Positions 33,814-38,961 of a stretch of DNA of 38,961 bases are shown piece after piece. Position 1 is the first letter of the stretch, and every line of letters begins with the position of its first letter. A program made the position numbers and the translations under genes. The stretch is taken from NCBI GenBank assembly GCA_035637575.1, contig DASPWY010000189.1, forward strand, positions 1 to 38,961, written 5' to 3'. The notes below the pieces were generated by a model. It had not been told where the DNA came from, searched no databases, and was given only the letters and a program-made list of their open reading frames with translations. The DNA is from Candidatus Bathyarchaeia archaeon. Lineage in GTDB: Archaea; Thermoproteota; Bathyarchaeia; 40CM-2-53-6.

Positions 33814-35367
33814 TCATGCGAGATTGTCGTATGCCATTAACGTCATGAACTCGGGGAAGCTATCGCTGGTCGTCAGTCTGTCAAGTAACTCTCCCGCGCC
33901 TCTGTAGTTGCTCGTATGATAGGCTCTCAATCCGATCTCTTCCGTTATTCGCGCCTTTTCTTCTCTCAGCATTGAGCGGAACAACCGGCGCGTAATGGTG
34001 GGTCCTTCGACTAGTTTGGCAGAGTGATGAATCCACTGCCAGATCTGTGCCCTACATATCTCCACCGTCGCCGTGTCTTCCATCAGGTTGTTGATCGCAA
34101 CGCACCCTAAGCCTCCCAACCACGACTCTAGATATCTCAGGCTCACGGCAATATTCGCTCTGACAGCTTGCTCGCTTATCTTCGGCTCCGGGACCTTGAG
34201 GAGATCCTCGCGGCCCACCTTTACTATCTCGCCACCGTCGTTGGATTCCAGAGGATGGTCGTTGAATACTTTCATGACGACAGGCACTAGTGCTGGGTGA
34301 GCGACCCACGCGCCCTGGTATCCCTCTGAAGCTTCGCGCTTCTTGTCCGCGAGCACCTTGTCGATTGCCTCCTGAGAACGCGGGTCACCTCTGATAGGGA
34401 CCTGTGCAGCCATTCCTCCGATTGCATAGGCGCCTCGTCTGTGGCACGTTTGAGCTAACAGTATCGAGCAGGATTTGAGGAAAGGCGTGGTCATGGGCAG
34501 TAGTGGTCTTTCGGGGACGACGAATCTTGGGTTCTCACCGAGGAATTTGATGAGGCTAAAGATGTAGTCCCAGCGGCCGAAGTTGAGGGCGGTTATCCTT
34601 TCGCGTAATGAGTAGAGGATTTCGTCCATCTGAAAAGCTGCAAGAATAGTCTCGATAAGGACGCTGCATTTGATGCTGGCGTGGGCAAGCTTGAGAGCCT
34701 TCTCCGTATAGTCGAAGATGTCGTTCCAGAGACGCGCCTCCTGATAGCTCTCTAGCTTGGGGATGTAGATGTAGGGTCCAGTCCCGCGACCTGCTAGCTT
34801 CTTTGCGTTGTGGTAGACGAAGAGGCCGTAGTCGAAGAGGAAGGCCGGAGTCGGATTGGACCCGAAGTGAGTATGCTTCTCGGTGAGGTGTAGGCCTCGA
34901 GGTCGGACGAAGAGTGTCGCAAGCTTTTCTCCGAGCCTATACTCTCGTCCATCCGGACCCGTATATGCGATGGTCCGGTTGACTGCATCTCGAAGATTAG
35001 CCTGACCCTGCAGGGTTCCCCTCCAGGTTGGCGAGTGGGAGTCTTCGAAGTCGGCCATATAGACGTCAGCGCCGGAATTGAGAGCATTGATCACCATCTT
35101 CCGGTCGACTGGACCAGTGATTTCGACGCGCCGCTGGCGAAGGTCGGCTGGGATAGGTCCGATTTTCCAGTCGGAGTTTCGAATTTCGCGCGTCTCGTCG
35201 AGGAAATCGGGAAGTGTTACGGTGCGGAGGCTCTCATGGACGAGGATTCTCTTCTGAAGTAGGAAGTCTAGGCGTGGAGAAAATTCTCGGACCAGATCGC
35301 GGACGAAGGCGAGCGCATCGGGGGTCAGTATCTCTTCGAAGCCCTCGAGGGTCGGGGATGGGATCAT
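33814..35367 (-). CDS. aceB: Malate synthase A
   Basis: 517 aa, collinear with E. coli AceB. Shared segments include RRVEITGPVDRKMVINALNSGADVYMADFEDSHSPTW, GRWDYIFS, HRRGAYAIGGMAAQ and LMEDTATVEICRAQIWQWIHH. Confidence 0.93.
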   Translation of the reverse strand: MIPSPTLEGFEEILTPDALAFVRDLVREFSPRLDFLLQKRILVHESLRTVTLPDFLDETREIRNSDWKIGPIPADLRQRRVEITGPVDRKMVINALNSGADVYMADFEDSHSPTWRGTLQGQANLRDAVNRTIAYTGPDGREYRLGEKLATLFVRPRGLHLTEKHTHFGSNPTPAFLFDYGLFVYHNAKKLAGRGTGPYIYIPKLESYQEARLWNDIFDYTEKALKLAHASIKCSVLIETILAAFQMDEILYSLRERITALNFGRWDYIFSLIKFLGENPRFVVPERPLLPMTTPFLKSCSILLAQTCHRRGAYAIGGMAAQVPIRGDPRSQEAIDKVLADKKREASEGYQGAWVAHPALVPVVMKVFNDHPLESNDGGEIVKVGREDLLKVPEPKISEQAVRANIAVSLRYLESWLGGLGCVAINNLMEDTATVEICRAQIWQWIHHSAKLVEGPTITRRLFRSMLREEKARITEEIGLRAYHTSNYRGAGELLDRLTTSDSFPEFMTLMAYDNLA

Positions 35368-35422
35368 AAAGCTCGAGAGTCGGGACTAGACTTTAGATCC
35401 ATAGTCAGGTTAGGTTGGTGAT

Positions 35423-36778
35423 TCAATTCTGTTGACTCTTGTCGTGATCGTTTTCCGAGCGGTGGATCGGAGGCGTGACCATGGCTGTTTGATCTTTGAA
35501 CTGAGCTGTCTCTGTAGACTCATCCATCGCCGTGGTTGAGGATGTTCCGCTCGATATTACGGTCGAAACCTCGTCGAAGTATTCAGTTCCGACGAAAGCC
35601 TGGTGTTTGACCGCTGCGTAGCCTTCCCTTTCGGCCTCGAACTCTTTTCCTTGGACACGAACGTAGGCCGACATTCCTTCAACAGCGTACTGTCTGGCGA
35701 GTTCGAACATGGAGACTGAGAGGCTGTGGAAGCCTGCGAGGGTGACAAATTGGAACTTGTAACCCATCGAGGCTAGGTCCCTCTGGAAGCTCCGGATTAC
35801 ATGAGGATCGAGATGTTTCTCCCAGTTGAATGAGGGCGAACAATTGTACGCGAGTAGCTTACCCGGATAGACTCTATGGATGCCTTCAGCAAATCTTCGA
35901 GCCTCGTCAAGGTCTGGCGTCGCAGTCTCACACCATACGAGGTCGGCGTATGGCGCATAGCTGATGCCACGCGCGATTGCCGCTTGTAGTCCGGGTTTGA
36001 GTCTATAGTAACCCTCCGCGGTTCGTTCCCCTGTCGTATACGGAAGATCCCGCGGGTCAGCGTCGCTGGAGAGGAGCTTCGCTCCGACTGCATCCGTTCG
36101 CGCTACTAGATAGGTAGGGACGCCCATCACGTCCGCCGCAAGCCGGGCAGCGACTAGGGTCCTGATGAACTGGTGAGTTGGGACTAGGACTTTGCCGCCT
36201 AAGTGGCCGCACTTTTTCTCTGATGCAAGCTGATCTTCGAAGTGTACTCCCGACGCTCCCGCTTCGATCATTGCTTTCATCAGCTCGAACGCGTTGAGGG
36301 GGCCTCCAAACCCGGCCTCGGCGTCGGCGATTATCGGGGCGAACCAGTCGATCTTTCCTTTCCCGCTCAAGTATTGTATCTGATCGGCTCTCTGGAAAGC
36401 TTGATTGATTCTCTTTACGAGATTCGGAACGCTGTTGGAAGGGTAGAGGCTCTGGTCCGGGTATGTCTGGCCTGAAAGGTTAGCGTCCGCGGCTACCTGC
36501 CAGCCGCTCATGTAGATGGCTTTTAGGCCGGCCTGAACCATTTGAACTGCCTGGGCTCCTGTAAGTGCGCCTAGCGTTGGAATGTAGGCCTCATCCGCCA
36601 GGAGGCGCTCGAATTTCTCTGCACCTATTCTAGCGAGCGTATACTCGGGACGGATTGTACCACGAAGTCTGACAACATCCTTTGCCGAGTAGGGTCGACG
36701 AATCCCATTCCAACGATCGGAGAGCCAGCTCTGCTCTAAGCGTCCAGTCTCGTTGCTGGCATCAGCTACGCTGGTCAC
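35423..36778 (-). CDS. aceA: Isocitrate lyase
   Basis: 451 aa with a GTG start. The ICL signature [13 protein letters not shown] is present, along with [18 protein letters not shown] and CSPSFNW. The C-terminus extends about 24 aa beyond the usual ...TETAQF end. Confidence 0.93.
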   Translation of the reverse strand: MTSVADASNETGRLEQSWLSDRWNGIRRPYSAKDVVRLRGTIRPEYTLARIGAEKFERLLADEAYIPTLGALTGAQAVQMVQAGLKAIYMSGWQVAADANLSGQTYPDQSLYPSNSVPNLVKRINQAFQRADQIQYLSGKGKIDWFAPIIADAEAGFGGPLNAFELMKAMIEAGASGVHFEDQLASEKKCGHLGGKVLVPTHQFIRTLVAARLAADVMGVPTYLVARTDAVGAKLLSSDADPRDLPYTTGERTAEGYYRLKPGLQAAIARGISYAPYADLVWCETATPDLDEARRFAEGIHRVYPGKLLAYNCSPSFNWEKHLDPHVIRSFQRDLASMGYKFQFVTLAGFHSLSVSMFELARQYAVEGMSAYVRVQGKEFEAEREGYAAVKHQAFVGTEYFDEVSTVISSGTSSTTAMDESTETAQFKDQTAMVTPPIHRSENDHDKSQQN

Positions 36779-37147
36779 GAAGCGTCTAGCTTTCAGTGAC
36801 TGATCGGCCGATAATAAGCCTTGATGATATGTCTAATCAATTTCTATCCTTGGATATACTTGTATGCACAGCTAAACCCGAAAATTCCCGAGACTCGGAA
36901 CGCCTAATTTGCTTTGGACCAGATGGATGATGCGATGGAGAAAGGATGGATTCTTCGAGCAGGTGCCGTTTACGCCACGCCCATATGTCCCGCGTCTCCA
37001 GCATCATAACGATCCAATAATCGCAGGTCCGCTCCTCCGTCGGGATCTTCCTGTTGCTCTCCAGAACTTGCAGGTCTCATTCTTGGAACCAATCACCTTC
37101 AGATTCAGATTTTAGCTTCTCATCTGAACTGAGAATGGACTCAAGCC

Positions 37148-37732
37148 TTAGCGCCTAGTGGCAAACAATTGGGCAACCAAGGAAATTAGGCCAACACCGA
37201 TCCAGAATAATTCCCCACCACGAATCCATTGGTTAGGTTCCACAACCAAAACGGGCGCTAAGACCAAAGTCAAAGCTGTAACACACAAACTGGTAATCCC
37301 AAGACCAAACCCGATGGCGCGGAACAAAGTCCCAGGTAAACATTGAGTCTTGTATTCGGCATCGTAAGCTTGGTCTGATTCTACGATGTTGGCAACCTCG
37401 GCTTGCATGGCGTCTGTGGAGTATCGGTTGCTGAAGACTCCTACGGGCATGTCGTCGGTGTAGACTCCCATTTTCTGGCTGTGAATGCCCACTATCCTGT
37501 TTCGGTTGCCAACGTCTTCGACCCGTGCGAGCGCAAGGTCGCCGACCGTTGGGTTTGAGGAGTCGCATGCTTGGACGTGATATCCAGCAGATTCTAGGAT
37601 TCTACAGGCGGATGAGCATTTTACTCTGGGGCTATGAAGATTGATCTGCCTGTCGACGAGAATCGAGGTCTGCGGGGCCCAGCGTTCGTTAAGCTTAGTG
37701 ACTTGGGTCGTTGTCCGTTCACACATCATCAT
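37148..37732 (-). CDS. Hypothetical protein with two C-terminal TM helices
   Basis: 194-aa ORF. A soluble N-terminal part is followed by FRAIGFGLGITSLCVTALTLVLAPVLVV and LFWIGVGLISLVAQLF. Confidence 0.4.
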   Translation of the reverse strand: MMMCERTTTQVTKLNERWAPQTSILVDRQINLHSPRVKCSSACRILESAGYHVQACDSSNPTVGDLALARVEDVGNRNRIVGIHSQKMGVYTDDMPVGVFSNRYSTDAMQAEVANIVESDQAYDAEYKTQCLPGTLFRAIGFGLGITSLCVTALTLVLAPVLVVEPNQWIRGGELFWIGVGLISLVAQLFATRR

Positions 37733-38589
37733 AGGCTTGGATCGATATGAGTTGGCTGTACACGTTCAAACGCTAGAGAATTCGATAAAGAAAGAGAGTG
37801 ATTGATCGTCTATTGTTAGTCAAGTCAAGCAATAGTGCAAACATTCAACCACAATCGAACATATGTGGTGGATAAATTTCGGGGATCCTAGAATCTTGTA
37901 GGCATCTGTGTTCACCCGTGGACATAACCTATTTCCGGTTTGATGTAGAGATATTAGCCGATGCGCTTCCCATACCCCCTTGACAACTGCGAATGCGGGC
38001 ACTACAGGATTAGTCACAGCGGCAAGACAGGCGTGGGCGAGACCACGTGTAACGCGTGCATCTGCCACCAGTTTAGCCTGAAGCTGCCAGAGGATGGACG
38101 GAGCAAGGTGCAGACCCGGGCTTGAAGGACAAGCCGGAAACGTACGACTTCACCAAGCGATGTCCGTTCGATGTCCAGAGTGCGACCAAATAGAACAAGT
38201 TATTCAGTTAGGCGGTACATGGACCGGACTGATACAATGCGCCCACAGCGGCAACGTCCTCCGGGCATCACAAAACATCAGCCGCGATCAACAGCCAGCG
38301 TGAGCCCGACCTAGCGCCTTTAGGCAGGTCGGAGTCGAAGAAGCTAAGTGGTGCTTAATCATACATCGGGGCGGACTGCAAATGAGGACCAATGAAGAGA
38401 TCATCAAACAGGCAGGAAGAAGCCAGTCAATGATGGACTTTTACATGATCCAAATGGAAATTCTACTAGACATCCGCACACTGGTGAAAGAGCTCGTAGA
38501 AGCCAGCTCATCAAATACGCGAGCGGATGAAACCAAACGCCCCGGCACGTGATAGTCTGCGAATGCTGACAGCTCGGTTGCTCTCCGGA

Positions 38590-38961
38590 TCAGTTCTTTG
38601 CAATGGGCTGGACGTTTATAGCGGTACTTCGTGTAGGAATTCTTCCAACCACGTACTGGATCGAGTGCTCTATCAGAGAGCCCAGGACGAGGAACACTGG
38701 ACCGATGGGCCCATAAAGCAACCAGAGGCGTGCGCCGACACCCTCGCTGAGAGTCTCAAGAATTACACCAGCTGTGATCGCACCCCTCGCGTTCCTGAAC
38801 CGAAGATATGGCTGCTGCGTGATCACGTTCTCGGTAATCTGGTGTTCAATATAGAACCCGACGAAAAAGTAGAGCGAGGCAATAAGCGAACTCATCGAGA
38901 GCAAGGACGAAGAGTTTGAGAGGAGGGTCAGCCATACGCTCCAGTTGACCACTTCAAGCAA
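38590..38961 (-). CDS. Hypothetical membrane protein, probably 5'-truncated by the window edge
   Basis: The frame is open to the last base of the window. Hydrophobic helices are present (LIASLYFFVGFYI, LWLLYGPIGPVFLVLGSLI). Confidence 0.4.
   Translation of the reverse strand: MLEVVNWSVWLTLLSNSSSLLSMSSLIASLYFFVGFYIEHQITENVITQQPYLRFRNARGAITAGVILETLSEGVGARLWLLYGPIGPVFLVLGSLIEHSIQYVVGRIPTRSTAINVQPIAKN

Noticed and set aside
36822-36827. UGAUGA C-box-like hexamers in intergenic DNA, here and at 12028-12033, as possible C/D box sRNAs.
   Set aside because: There is no CUGA D box at the expected distance and no terminal stem.
36909-37115. Track ORFs 36909-37115, 37820-38068 and 38094-38303, plus a 56-aa ORF I read at 38382-38552.
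   Set aside because: They are short, have alternative or weak starts, and show no motifs or paralogs to support them. 38094-38303 has only a single CPEC pair. I left them unannotated rather than guess.
1-38961. Search for CRISPR arrays, long direct or tandem repeats, IS elements, integrases and rRNA.
   Set aside because: I saw no regularly spaced repeats and no transposase or integrase-like translations in any listed ORF or by eye. Absence is by visual inspection only.

Overview
Archaeal chromosomal fragment, about 39 kb and roughly 50% GC by eye. Four things seen directly in the sequence support an archaeal origin: two tRNA genes interrupted by multiple bulge-helix-bulge (BHB) introns, a pilin-like protein with a class III signal peptide, a DUF359-type GTP-dependent dephospho-CoA kinase, and DUF1616-like membrane proteins. 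The left part (1-16.6 kb) is a cell-envelope/glycan island. It holds a secreted phosphoesterase-PKD protein (partial, absent from the ORF track), a large polytopic membrane protein and a split DUF1616-like module. It also holds a minus-strand glycan operon: SDR epimerase, then a tightly coupled run of Gfo/Idh/MocA oxidoreductase, LbH N-acetyltransferase, GT2, CE4 deacetylase and a membrane-embedded processive-type GT2. Divergent from it is a translationally coupled four-gene cassette: GT4, PF14907-like nucleotidyltransferase, thymidylate-kinase-like P-loop protein and an alkaline-phosphatase-superfamily phosphodiesterase. The middle carries mixed housekeeping and accessory genes: CoA kinase, cupin, alpha/beta hydrolase, a bacterial-type 5'-3' exonuclease, an ArsR-SRPBCC pair, three RibD_C/DHFR-like paralogs and ion transporters. 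The right part holds orphan small genes, an RHH regulator and an aceA-aceB glyoxylate-shunt pair. Three observations stand out. First, a tRNA-Asn(GUU) gene needs four BHB introns removed to give a perfect 75-nt cloverleaf. Second, two small proteins share a CxCxxCxHxLxxxCLxxxCxCCT motif, and one of them is below the ORF-track size cutoff. Third, the function of the GT4-NTase-kinase-phosphodiesterase cassette is unknown. I saw no CRISPR array, rRNA, transposase or integrase. All family assignments come from motif recognition by eye, not from searches.
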